Shown: positions 18,826-27,955, counted from the stretch's first letter. The stretch is DNA of 29,262 bases from Promethearchaeia archaeon (GCA_029856045.1 JAHQWG010000031.1:1-29262), one strand, 5' to 3'. Notes: generated by a model not told the origin, from the sequence alone. Made by a program: numbers and translations.

Positions 18826-19896
18826 GTGAGTTCAGACTATACAAAAAAAAAGATGGCAAAGGATAGATTAAGATTTTTTATTTATGAAATTTCAATATCG
18901 TTTATTTTTATATTATTACTTATGATTGTCGTTTGGGGATTACTTACTTTTATTGTAGATATTGATTCAATTTTTTATGGGCCATTATTTTATTTAATAA
19001 GAGCTCTAATGACATTTTTCGCAATACCATTAATTTTATTATTTTCTTCTAAATTTTTATTAGGATCTGAAAGTAGAAATACAATTTTAGAACAAGATAT
19101 TTCTCCTTCTGTTGGGCATTTGAGACTTTATAAAATAACAAAAAATAATTACAAATATCAGATAATAGATGGGATTTTAATTTTTTTTTTAGTCTTTTTA
19201 CCAATAGATTTTCTTACATATATCTTAGTTCCCGAAATGATTGAATATCAAGCCTACGCATTAAGTCTTTATGCACAAAATTCTTATTTATTATTGGATA
19301 ACTATTTTCTATTTTTAATATCTGTAATTATTATTCAAATCTCTATTTCAATCTCTGAAGAAACAATTTGTAGAGGTCTTCTTACTAAAAGAGGGAGTGA
19401 GCATTTTCATAAAATGTCAGCTGTTATAATCTCATCTTTATATTTTGGATTAAATTATTTCACTTATTATTTTGAACCTTTAAGTAGATTTTATCCATTT
19501 TGGTTTCCATTCATTTGGTTTTTAGAAGCATTTATAATAGGAATAATTCTTTCCCTAATATTATTAAGAAAGAAATGGTTATTACCGGCGATTTTCGCAC
19601 ACTCATTAAATAATATAATTTCAATACATACAATTTGGAATTTCTTGCAAGGAAATGAATTTATTGTCGTATTTTTATATCTTTATCTTCCTTTATTAAT
19701 TATCAGCTGTATTATATTCATCTGGCAACTTCCTAGAATTAAAAAAAGTGTGTCTTTAGGATTTAAAATTTTTAAAACGTATTTTAAAAATGAAGATCTC
19801 GTCCCAGAATCTAATAGTAATAAATTTTTTCGCATGTTTATTGATTTACTTATCGCAATTCTAGCTTTTTTAATAGGTTTCTTGATCACAATATAA
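18826..19896 (+). CDS. CPBP (Abi/CAAX protease-like) intramembrane glutamic endopeptidase family protein
   Basis: Multi-TM; EETICRG (EExxxR) and HSLNN (HxxxN); GTG start. Confidence 0.82.
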   Translation: MSSDYTKKKMAKDRLRFFIYEISISFIFILLLMIVVWGLLTFIVDIDSIFYGPLFYLIRALMTFFAIPLILLFSSKFLLGSESRNTILEQDISPSVGHLRLYKITKNNYKYQIIDGILIFFLVFLPIDFLTYILVPEMIEYQAYALSLYAQNSYLLLDNYFLFLISVIIIQISISISEETICRGLLTKRGSEHFHKMSAVIISSLYFGLNYFTYYFEPLSRFYPFWFPFIWFLEAFIIGIILSLILLRKKWLLPAIFAHSLNNIISIHTIWNFLQGNEFIVVFLYLYLPLLIISCIIFIWQLPRIKKSVSLGFKIFKTYFKNEDLVPESNSNKFFRMFIDLLIAILAFLIGFLITI

Positions 19897-20045
19897 AAGA
19901 AGTTATGACTTATTGAAACTTGGGATTATGTCTAAAGTTCTTAGATTTTTATATTAAAATTATTAATCGAAAAATTCTAGAATTATAATAATAAAAATAA
20001 ATGGAAGAAAAATTATTTTTTTTAAAAATATTGAAGGCAATTATT

Positions 20046-20885
20046 ATGGATATACAAGTATCAAAATTACGAGAAAAGTTTAAGGGAAAACACTATTTAC
20101 TCACCACATCAGATAATATCACTTTGTTTTTAAGAGTATGGGAACCTCCTAAAAAATCTAATAAGGCAATTCTGATTCTACATGGTATAACGGCTCATAG
20201 TGGTCCATACGAAATGATTGGTAAACCCTTATCAATGTTGGACTACAACGTATTTGGGTTAGATTTGAGAGGACATGGATTATCAGATGGAAAAAGAGGT
20301 GATTATCCAAGTATAAAGAGATTAATTATGGATCTTACTGAGACAATAGCCTTTTTAAAGCAGAAATTTTCAATATTAATCTTATTAGGTCATAGTTTGG
20401 GTGTGTTATTAGCCTTCATTGCTGTTAATTATTGTTTAGAAGATATTAATGGCCTAATACTTATGAGTGCAGGAACGGAGAGAAAACCTGGAGTATATAA
20501 CCCATTGTCAACTAAAGAAAAACTAAAAATTCTATTTAGTTCAATTTTTTCCCCAAGTAAGCCAGTTATATCATATAAACGCGATGGTATGATTGGTTTA
20601 GATGATCCACTATTCAATTTTAAGTATACACTTCGCTTTATGAAAATATTAAAAGTTTTTGATGTAAAAAGTCTAAAAACGGCCGAGAAATTAAAGATTC
20701 CTTTAATTCTTGGAGTTGGCGATCAAGATCAAATTTTTACTGTTGAATCGGCTCAGAAATTATTAAATGAGATTCCTGGCGATAACAAAGATTTTTTTGT
20801 AATATCAGGTGGAACTCACACTGATTTTCCCGAAGAAGGGTTTGTACCTCTTATAAATTGGTTAAAAAAAATTTTTAATGAATAA
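20046..20885 (+). CDS. alpha/beta hydrolase (monoacylglycerol lipase/lysophospholipase-like esterase)
   Basis: LHG, DLRGHGLSDGKRG, GHSLG nucleophile elbow, GDQD, GGTH. Start at 20001 or 20046. Confidence 0.9.
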   Translation: MDIQVSKLREKFKGKHYLLTTSDNITLFLRVWEPPKKSNKAILILHGITAHSGPYEMIGKPLSMLDYNVFGLDLRGHGLSDGKRGDYPSIKRLIMDLTETIAFLKQKFSILILLGHSLGVLLAFIAVNYCLEDINGLILMSAGTERKPGVYNPLSTKEKLKILFSSIFSPSKPVISYKRDGMIGLDDPLFNFKYTLRFMKILKVFDVKSLKTAEKLKIPLILGVGDQDQIFTVESAQKLLNEIPGDNKDFFVISGGTHTDFPEEGFVPLINWLKKIFNE

Positions 20886-20923
20886 ATCAAGTAAAAGTTT
20901 TACAGATAATTTTATTTTTATTT

Positions 20924-22480
20924 TTATTTTTTATTTAGTTTTAGAACTGTAACTGAATGTGCAGGTAATTTAATCATCATTTTAGGTTTGATATTGTCCT
21001 CTTTCTTTTGTTTTAGTTTAATTTTATTTCGATTTTCTATTGTATTATAATCAAATGGAGATTGGCTGTTTAATTCAATAATATTTCCCTGTTCTTTAGG
21101 CACAAACCCATTTATTTCGAGTTCGACGTTTAAATCATCCGTAAAATGTTTATTAATTAACATTATCGATAGTTTATCACCTTCATTGCTAATAGTGGCA
21201 ATAGATTCAATATAAGGAATATTAAAAGCTTTCAGGATACGTCCAAACTTATTAGAATTAAATGTTTCACACTCAATATCCAAACCAGTTATTAAATTAT
21301 TATACGTATGATCGACAAAGAGTTTAAACGCCAAATAAACAGGAGTCAAGATTAAACCATCGGGATCTGTTTGGATAGTACCTATACAATTAATAAGTTG
21401 TGCCCAATTAGCCATTGGGCATTTATTTGACATTTTTTGGAAAGTCATTAAAACTATTGCCGTCCAGATTCCATCTTGCAAGTTATAATTAGTCTTTATT
21501 ATATCTTTATATAAATACCATACACCCCATTCGTCAAATGTAATACGAACATGGGTATTCTTTCCTAAAATCGCAATTAAATCTTCCCAAGTATTATTAA
21601 TATAGTTTTCAATTAAAGATTTGGATGCCATCAATGCATGATAACACCTTTGATTATCTGGGTGTTTTTTTCCAGAACCTTTTCCTTCAAAATACGGAAA
21701 ATATCGATGGATACTTAAGTAATCAACCCATTCTTCTCCAATATTTTTTAGAACGATTTGATTCCAATTCGAATTTTCATAACCACATGCTACCAATTTA
21801 ATTGTGGGATCTTTTTCTCTCATCTTTTTTGCGAATTTGATATATTTTTTTGCGTAATTTTCTGGAATTTTTTCGTATCCTTTTTCCCAGAAGCCATAAA
21901 TCTCATTGGCAATACCCCAAATTTGGACATTATAAGGTTCTTTTCTTCCATTTTTAGCTCTTAAAGCGCCATATTTTGTATCAATAGAACCATTACAATA
22001 TTCAACCCAATCTGCTGCCTCTTCGGGAGATCCCGTTCCATAATTCACATTAAGATATGGTTTAGCACCAATTTCTTCACATAAATTTAGGAATTCATCT
22101 GTGCCGAACTGATTTTCAATATCAGGTTCTAAACTCTTATCATAGATTTTTCCCCAATGCAAATTTTTAATAATTTTCCGTGAATTTCTAGGGCCAATTG
22201 CATCTTTCCAGTGATATACATCAGAATAACAGCCCCCAAACGCTCTTAGGACCGTGAGTTTTAAGTTCTTTACAGCTTGTAAAACATCTTGTCTTAAACC
22301 CACTAAGAATGGATTTCCCTCAACTAAAGGAACATTAACTGGATCATATGTCCATAATCCATTATGAATACACTCCCCTAAGTGCTCAATGAAATTACTA
22401 TATATCATAGGATCTATACTTTTTTTTAGCGAATCTACATTAATACTGATTTTATTTCCATTAATCATTACTAATCGCAT
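20924..22480 (-). CDS. abfA: GH51 alpha-L-arabinofuranosidase
   Basis: FIEHLGECI, GGCYSDVYHWKDAIGP, NQFGTDEF, WVEYCN, WGIANE (acid/base), FDEWGVW (nucleophile), AQLINC, LPAHSV. Confidence 0.93.
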   Translation of the reverse strand: MRLVMINGNKISINVDSLKKSIDPMIYSNFIEHLGECIHNGLWTYDPVNVPLVEGNPFLVGLRQDVLQAVKNLKLTVLRAFGGCYSDVYHWKDAIGPRNSRKIIKNLHWGKIYDKSLEPDIENQFGTDEFLNLCEEIGAKPYLNVNYGTGSPEEAADWVEYCNGSIDTKYGALRAKNGRKEPYNVQIWGIANEIYGFWEKGYEKIPENYAKKYIKFAKKMREKDPTIKLVACGYENSNWNQIVLKNIGEEWVDYLSIHRYFPYFEGKGSGKKHPDNQRCYHALMASKSLIENYINNTWEDLIAILGKNTHVRITFDEWGVWYLYKDIIKTNYNLQDGIWTAIVLMTFQKMSNKCPMANWAQLINCIGTIQTDPDGLILTPVYLAFKLFVDHTYNNLITGLDIECETFNSNKFGRILKAFNIPYIESIATISNEGDKLSIMLINKHFTDDLNVELEINGFVPKEQGNIIELNSQSPFDYNTIENRNKIKLKQKKEDNIKPKMMIKLPAHSVTVLKLNKK

Positions 22481-22525
22481 AAATTGATTTTTACTAAATA
22501 AGTATTTAATTTAATAGATTTTAAT

Positions 22526-23020
22526 TCAAGAAGTTATTAGATTAGAAATATCATCTGAGAGATGATCGATGCCTTCAAATTCTCTTACAACTATTAAAGT
22601 AATTTTTTTTTGTAAAAGCGGTTTGATATGAGTACAGACCATCTCTTTCTTTCCACCAATACTCTCACAGTCATCCTCAATAAGAATATTAGGTAATATC
22701 CGTTCAGCAACAAGACCATAGTGTTCTCCTGGTTTTCGAAAAAATAATTGTCCTTCCGGGAATCCATTTCTTATAAGAACTTCTTTTATCTGTGCGACCT
22801 CATGTTCTGTTGTTCGTGAAGTTAAATATAGGATTTCTGCGCCTTGTTCTTTCCAAGTTTGAAGTTTATTTAGAGAATTGCCTATTGGAATGTAAGTCTT
22901 CCAATCTCTGAGGGATGGGTTAATAGCCTTACGACTTTGTCTTACAATCTCTTCTCTTGAATTGCCTTTGGCATATGTATGCATAATGATTGTTCCTTCC
23001 GTGAAAATTAACAATTTCAT
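22526..23020 (-). CDS. HAD-superfamily-like hypothetical protein
   Basis: LIFTEGT (motif I-like), YLTSR (motif II), LIEDD (motif IV). Confidence 0.65.
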   Translation of the reverse strand: MKLLIFTEGTIIMHTYAKGNSREEIVRQSRKAINPSLRDWKTYIPIGNSLNKLQTWKEQGAEILYLTSRTTEHEVAQIKEVLIRNGFPEGQLFFRKPGEHYGLVAERILPNILIEDDCESIGGKKEMVCTHIKPLLQKKITLIVVREFEGIDHLSDDISNLITS

Positions 23021-23182
23021 TTTATTAAACCTTTTTGTTCATGATTATTTCTAATTCAAACATTGATAAATTTGTATAGTTATTTTAAGATTTTAATTTT
23101 CGAAGTTATCTAAAGATTGTAAGAAAATAAAACGAGAAACAATAAGTTATTGAGATTAAGGAATTACAAAAAATTCCTAATT

Positions 23183-23788
23183 TTAATCTTTATTAATAGC
23201 CTTTTTTTCTACCAAGATTCTTAATTCGGCGAGTAGCCAGCAAATTTCTTCATATGTTGAGGAAGATTTATAAATCGCCTTAGTTTTTTTCTTAATTTCT
23301 GCTTCTGAAGCTTTACCCTTACCTTTTAAGATAATTAATTGTGTCCTAGCAAGTTCTTCACATAATTCTTCATAAGTTTTTTTCTGTTGAGAAAGGTTAT
23401 GTGCTGCAACAGTTATTTCAGCTTCGAGATCTGGGTCTAATCCCGCATCAATAAGTTCCATCGTATCTTCTATTTCAATATTTAACTCGGGACGTTTTTT
23501 ACTGGGAATATTTTGCTTTATACCTTTTTTTAAAATATCCATCATCGCAAGAAAAGCGCCAAATTCTTTATTTTGGTTTATTATTTGTAATTTGGCAGTA
23601 TTTTTCCTTTTATCGTGTAAAATATTCGCCTTTTTTATACCAAAATTCTTTTTCTTTTTAGTAGCTTTTAGTCCAACCCACAAATATATTGTCTTTAAAT
23701 CATCAATTAAATAAACTTTATTTTCAGCAAAATCAACTTTGATAATTTTTCTTAAAGCTCCATTTTCACTTACACTATACAGTTGCAT
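23183..23788 (-). CDS. gelsolin-domain protein with C-terminal duplicated helical 'X' domain (1DGelX-like; eukaryotic signature protein)
   Basis: Gelsolin core F-x3-KVYLIDDLKTIYLWVG...A...IINQNKEFGAF; two C-terminal repeats EITVAAHNLSQQKKTYEELCEELA / EIKKKTKAIYKSSSTYEEICWLLAE. Confidence 0.8.
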   Translation of the reverse strand: MQLYSVSENGALRKIIKVDFAENKVYLIDDLKTIYLWVGLKATKKKKNFGIKKANILHDKRKNTAKLQIINQNKEFGAFLAMMDILKKGIKQNIPSKKRPELNIEIEDTMELIDAGLDPDLEAEITVAAHNLSQQKKTYEELCEELARTQLIILKGKGKASEAEIKKKTKAIYKSSSTYEEICWLLAELRILVEKKAINKD

Positions 23789-23913
23789 TGTATTTCTCTA
23801 TTTAGTTTGTGATAATAATATAGTAAAACTAAATAATTTAATATTATTAATATTAGCTTTTCGTTTTTTTTATTAAGAGGGCTATAAATCTTTAACTTTG
23901 ATTTGGTTGACTT

Positions 23914-25152
23914 TTATTTTTTATATTTTAGAATAATTTGTTCAAATTCAGGTTCTGTGACAAATTTCTTTTTTGAAATAATATCTCGGAGTTCCTGTTT
24001 GATATTATTAATGTATTTCTCATATTCATCAAATTTTAATTCTTCACATTTAAACCTAATTGCATCTCCATGCAATGTTGTAGGCCCAAAAATTAATTGT
24101 TCCCTTTGTCCTACAACCTTATCTTTATACGGTGTGAAACACATCCAAAATTTATCTTTTTTGATAGCACTCATTACATGTAGTTCACTTTCATGCAAGA
24201 AAGTATTTTCACCAACCACTGGTTTATTTGGGGGTATTTTTATTCCAGATTTTTCTTCAACAAGTTTAGAAAGTTCATAAAGTTTTGAAAGATCAATTCC
24301 CGTGTCGATTCCATATAAGATTTTTAAAGAAACAACAACTTCTTCTAGTGATGCATTACCAGCCCGGTCACCTAACTGATTCACGACAAGATCCATAAAT
24401 TCTGCCCCTTGTTCGACTGCTGCAATAGAAGATGCTGTCGCAAGACCGAAGTCATCATGGATATGAATTCCTAATGGAATATCTCCACAAATTGGTTTAA
24501 TTTCCTTAATCATATAGGAAATTGCACGAGGATGACATGCTCCCACCGTATCATATAAAAGAACCTTTTTTACTCCATGTTTTATACCCCTTCTAATTGC
24601 CTCTTTTAACAGAGTTAAATCTGATCTTGTTGCATCCACACAATCCAATATAGCAGTTCCACCATATTTTCTGATTTTTCTTAAAGTTAAAGAGATGATA
24701 TTTAACATAACTTGGGGTGAAACTCTACTATCCCCTGTAAATAATTCTAATTGCCATGGGGTTAAAACAATTCCATAACCGATATAATCAACCTTGGCAT
24801 CTAATGCTTTTCGTATTTCTTCATCCCATTTTATTGGATTGGAGCTAAGATGGCAATATGTTTTAATTTTTAATCCCAATTCTTTAATTTTATTAGCTAA
24901 ATCCCATTGTTCTTGAACTCTTCCAATGTATCCAACATCAATGTCGCCAACTCCGATTTCCTCTAGTTTTTCGACAATATCAATTTTATCCTCTAATGTA
25001 TAATAAACACCCGGTGTTTCTTCTCCTTCACGAATGGTACTATCACGGACATAAACTTTTTTAGGAAAATTAAAATCTTTTAAAACATTTTCACTAAAAT
25101 TGAGAGGAGAAATCCACCACTTATCAGTGAACCATCTATTATATTCTGACAT
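23914..25152 (-). CDS. DRE-TIM metallolyase, homocitrate/2-isopropylmalate/citramalate synthase-like (no C-terminal regulatory domain)
   Basis: DSTIREGEETPG, YDTVG, HIHDDFGLA, LGDRAGNA, PPNKPVVGEN, HESELH. Confidence 0.88.
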   Translation of the reverse strand: MSEYNRWFTDKWWISPLNFSENVLKDFNFPKKVYVRDSTIREGEETPGVYYTLEDKIDIVEKLEEIGVGDIDVGYIGRVQEQWDLANKIKELGLKIKTYCHLSSNPIKWDEEIRKALDAKVDYIGYGIVLTPWQLELFTGDSRVSPQVMLNIISLTLRKIRKYGGTAILDCVDATRSDLTLLKEAIRRGIKHGVKKVLLYDTVGACHPRAISYMIKEIKPICGDIPLGIHIHDDFGLATASSIAAVEQGAEFMDLVVNQLGDRAGNASLEEVVVSLKILYGIDTGIDLSKLYELSKLVEEKSGIKIPPNKPVVGENTFLHESELHVMSAIKKDKFWMCFTPYKDKVVGQREQLIFGPTTLHGDAIRFKCEELKFDEYEKYINNIKQELRDIISKKKFVTEPEFEQIILKYKK

Positions 25153-25156
25153 ATTA

Positions 25157-25171
25157 AATCGTTAAACGATT
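25157..25171. promoter_or_regulatory. palindromic putative operator in divergent promoter
   Basis: AATCGTT-A-AACGATT, perfect 7-bp arms, 4 nt upstream of the minus-strand ATG. Confidence 0.45.
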
Positions 25172-25269
25172 CGTATATTTTTTAAAATTAGTATTTAATA
25201 TAATAATTAATACTATCTAATGCTATAAATGTTTAATATAGTCAAAAAATAAAATCCAAATGATTAATT

Positions 25270-26487
25270 ATGTGGGTAAATCCTTGGGCATATATGAGAA
25301 TGGATAAAAACCAACGTTGGTGGAGTTTTGAATGGAATTTTATTGACCGTGTTAGAAACCAGATGAATTTGCCACAAAAGGTAATAATTAAAGATGATAC
25401 ATTAAGAGAAGGGGAAGAAACTCCTGGAACATATTTTACAATAGACCAAAAAGTAGAAATTGCTAAAATTCTTGAAGAAATGGGAATCCCAGAAATTGAA
25501 GTAGGATATGCTGCTGGGATTAAAGAACATGCTGAAACTTTTAAAGTATTAAAAAAAGAAGGAATAAAGATGAAATTATCTTCCCATGCACGACTATATG
25601 CAGAGGATGTTATTAAAGAAGTTGATGATATAATTGCTGCAGAAGCGGATATAATAAACTTTTTACTTGTACCTGATCCCGAATTAAAGAGTAAAAATGA
25701 TGTTTTTAACAGAATCACTGAAGGTATTGAATATGCAAAATCACAATCTGCTTATGTAGCATTTGGATCAGGGCGTGTAGCTCCGCGTTATTGGGATAAG
25801 TTTTGCAATCTTGCATTGGATGCTGGTGTTGATAGAATAGTAGTTTATGATGGAAATGGATGTGTCCTTCCTACAGCTTTTAGAGACCAAGTAGCATTTA
25901 CTAAGAATATTGTTAAAGAAACTCCAATAGAAGTCCATTGTCATAATGATCTGGGGTTGGCTGTCGCAAATACACTTGCGGGAGTAGAAGGAGGTGCAGA
26001 AATAGTTGATGTTGTGTTTAACGGTCTTGGGGATAGAGCGGGAAATGCAGCTACTGAAGAAGTAATTATGGGACTTGAAATTCTATACGGAATAGATTTA
26101 AATTTAAAACTTGACAAAATTATGGAAATTTCACAAATAATTGAGAAATACAGTAAAACCAAATTACAGCCACATAAAGCTATTGTGGGAAAAAATTGTT
26201 ATATTCATGAATCAGATTTACACGTAGAACAAATCTTAACGGGTAATTGGGTTACTTGGGAATTAATTCAACCACATGTTATAGGACAAACTCGAAAATT
26301 GATATTTGGTGCTACGACACTTCAATCTCGAGCAATAAAAGCAAAATTGAGTAAAATGGGATTAAACCCAACTGATAAAGAAATTCAAACTCTACAAACC
26401 GAAATCAAAACCTTAATTAAGACCAAGGAATTTATTTCTGAAGAAGAATTTGAGCAATTAGCAAAAAAAATTGAAAAAACAGATTAA
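25270..26487 (+). CDS. DRE-TIM metallolyase, homocitrate/isopropylmalate synthase-like (divergent paralogue)
   Basis: DDTLREGEETPG, IEVG, HCHNDLGLAVAN, NGLGDRAGNA, HKAIVGKN, HESDLH. Confidence 0.88.
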   Translation: MWVNPWAYMRMDKNQRWWSFEWNFIDRVRNQMNLPQKVIIKDDTLREGEETPGTYFTIDQKVEIAKILEEMGIPEIEVGYAAGIKEHAETFKVLKKEGIKMKLSSHARLYAEDVIKEVDDIIAAEADIINFLLVPDPELKSKNDVFNRITEGIEYAKSQSAYVAFGSGRVAPRYWDKFCNLALDAGVDRIVVYDGNGCVLPTAFRDQVAFTKNIVKETPIEVHCHNDLGLAVANTLAGVEGGAEIVDVVFNGLGDRAGNAATEEVIMGLEILYGIDLNLKLDKIMEISQIIEKYSKTKLQPHKAIVGKNCYIHESDLHVEQILTGNWVTWELIQPHVIGQTRKLIFGATTLQSRAIKAKLSKMGLNPTDKEIQTLQTEIKTLIKTKEFISEEEFEQLAKKIEKTD

Positions 26488-26626
26488 AAAAATTTCCTAT
26501 CGTGCATTCGCCAGACAATATTATTCCACTAAATAAAGCAATTCAAAAATATGGGAAGAATTAAATATCCATAGAATCAAACTTAGAATATATTATTATT
26601 TGATAATAAACTGAGATGATCTCTCT

Positions 26627-27349
26627 ATGGATGATGAAATACTCAATAAACTTATATTGTTGGCGGTAATTTTTATTGTTATTTCAGGAATAACTCATGT
26701 TATTGAGGGTTTCTTAGCAATTGGGTTATTAGATCTTTCGGTAACGGTATTTATATATAGTTTCTTTCTTATTCCTATAGGTTTTAGGCTATTAATGCTA
26801 TTAAAAAAACAGGAATTAGATGAGAAAAAACACACTATAATTTTCGCGTCAGTTGTTATTTTTCTTAATGGATGCGCATCCTTAATATTTTTAATCACAA
26901 CAGATGTAGGGCAAAAATTCTTTCTTTATGGTTTTATAGTATGGCATTTAATAGTAGATATTTATGTATTTATAGTTCTATTTATCTCTAATACTATTCT
27001 CGATAAAATGGATACTGATGAAAAAATTGGATATTTCTCAAATATTTTAATAAGAGGTTTAGGTTTAAACTATCTTTTTCAAATTCTAGCACAAATTCTT
27101 CCTGGATTATATTACATGATTGTTTATTTGTTAATTTTTGGAATAATAAATTTGATTATAGGGAATATGTTGTATTTGAAAAAAGAGAACAAACAGATTC
27201 AGATTTTGGGTATAATTCTTCTTACAATTGGTGGAATTATAGCATCAATATTACTTATCATCAATCCCACACCAAATTTAATTTTGTTTGTTATCTTTCA
27301 TGTTATAATACTTGTTATTAGAATTTATTATATCAAGAGAAAATTTTAA
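26627..27349 (+). CDS. polytopic membrane protein of unknown function (about 8 TM, two 4-TM halves)
   Basis: Hydrophobic segments throughout; weak internal similarity between halves (SG.TH...IG..L vs GL.Y...FG...IG..L). Confidence 0.75.
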   Translation: MDDEILNKLILLAVIFIVISGITHVIEGFLAIGLLDLSVTVFIYSFFLIPIGFRLLMLLKKQELDEKKHTIIFASVVIFLNGCASLIFLITTDVGQKFFLYGFIVWHLIVDIYVFIVLFISNTILDKMDTDEKIGYFSNILIRGLGLNYLFQILAQILPGLYYMIVYLLIFGIINLIIGNMLYLKKENKQIQILGIILLTIGGIIASILLIINPTPNLILFVIFHVIILVIRIYYIKRKF

Positions 27350-27361
27350 ATTAATAAGATA

Positions 27362-27955
27362 TTAAGAAAAAATTCCACTTAATTTATTTAGTAGAGCAAT
27401 AGCTCTTGTGGGATTAAAAATTCCGCACACACAAGGTTTTGATAATTTTTTTGCTGCATTTTCAACAGAAATTTTTCCACTTTTAATTAATTCCACGTAA
27501 TATTTTACAGATTGGGGAGATACACAATGGTGACCACACATAGTAGTAATTTCTAATATTTCTTCAGAAGGTAAAAGTTCTTTTCTCCCGAATGTACCTA
27601 ATGAAAGATGTATAGTATGCATTTTTAAACCAGTTTCTTTGACTGCTTCTTGGATTTCGGAAATTAATCCACTAATTACTATCGAAACACCCAAATCTTC
27701 TTGTATAAGAGTTTGTATAACATTCTTAACCATTTCAATATCAATAAAGGTTGCTGTAATTACTGGAGAAATCTTCCATGCAGGTTTCGGTATAATATTT
27801 ACAGGATTATTTTGATTTAATATTTCAGCTACTCGTAATAATTTTTGTTTTGCATCCGGGTATTTATCGTTTATCCCAGCTGCAAGCATTGCTAAGATAA
27901 TGTAATCACTCTTTAAATCGTTTATTTTCCCCGTTCTATGTAAAGAATGTGTCAC
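27362..27955 (-). CDS. conserved hypothetical Cys/His metal-binding protein, partner of adjacent 4Fe-4S protein
   Basis: GTG start with GGAGGA SD; MTHSLHR N-terminus, HTIHLSLG, TMCGHHCVS, CVCGIFNPTRA. Confidence 0.8.
   Translation of the reverse strand: MTHSLHRTGKINDLKSDYIILAMLAAGINDKYPDAKQKLLRVAEILNQNNPVNIIPKPAWKISPVITATFIDIEMVKNVIQTLIQEDLGVSIVISGLISEIQEAVKETGLKMHTIHLSLGTFGRKELLPSEEILEITTMCGHHCVSPQSVKYYVELIKSGKISVENAAKKLSKPCVCGIFNPTRAIALLNKLSGIFS

Noticed and set aside
23914-26487. Assigning leuA/cimA/nifV/aksA symbols
   Set aside because: Non-canonical motifs, no regulatory domain and no pathway neighbours; substrate cannot be inferred.
1505-26898. Short antisense or overlapping ORFs in the track (e.g. 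1505-1687, 2250-2519, 3386-3703, 5357-5785, 8530-8841, 10202-11128, 23903-24280, 25242-25718, 25941-26162)
   Set aside because: They are shadows of well-supported genes on the opposite strand or frame, with Ile/Ser/Phe-rich antisense composition and no motifs.
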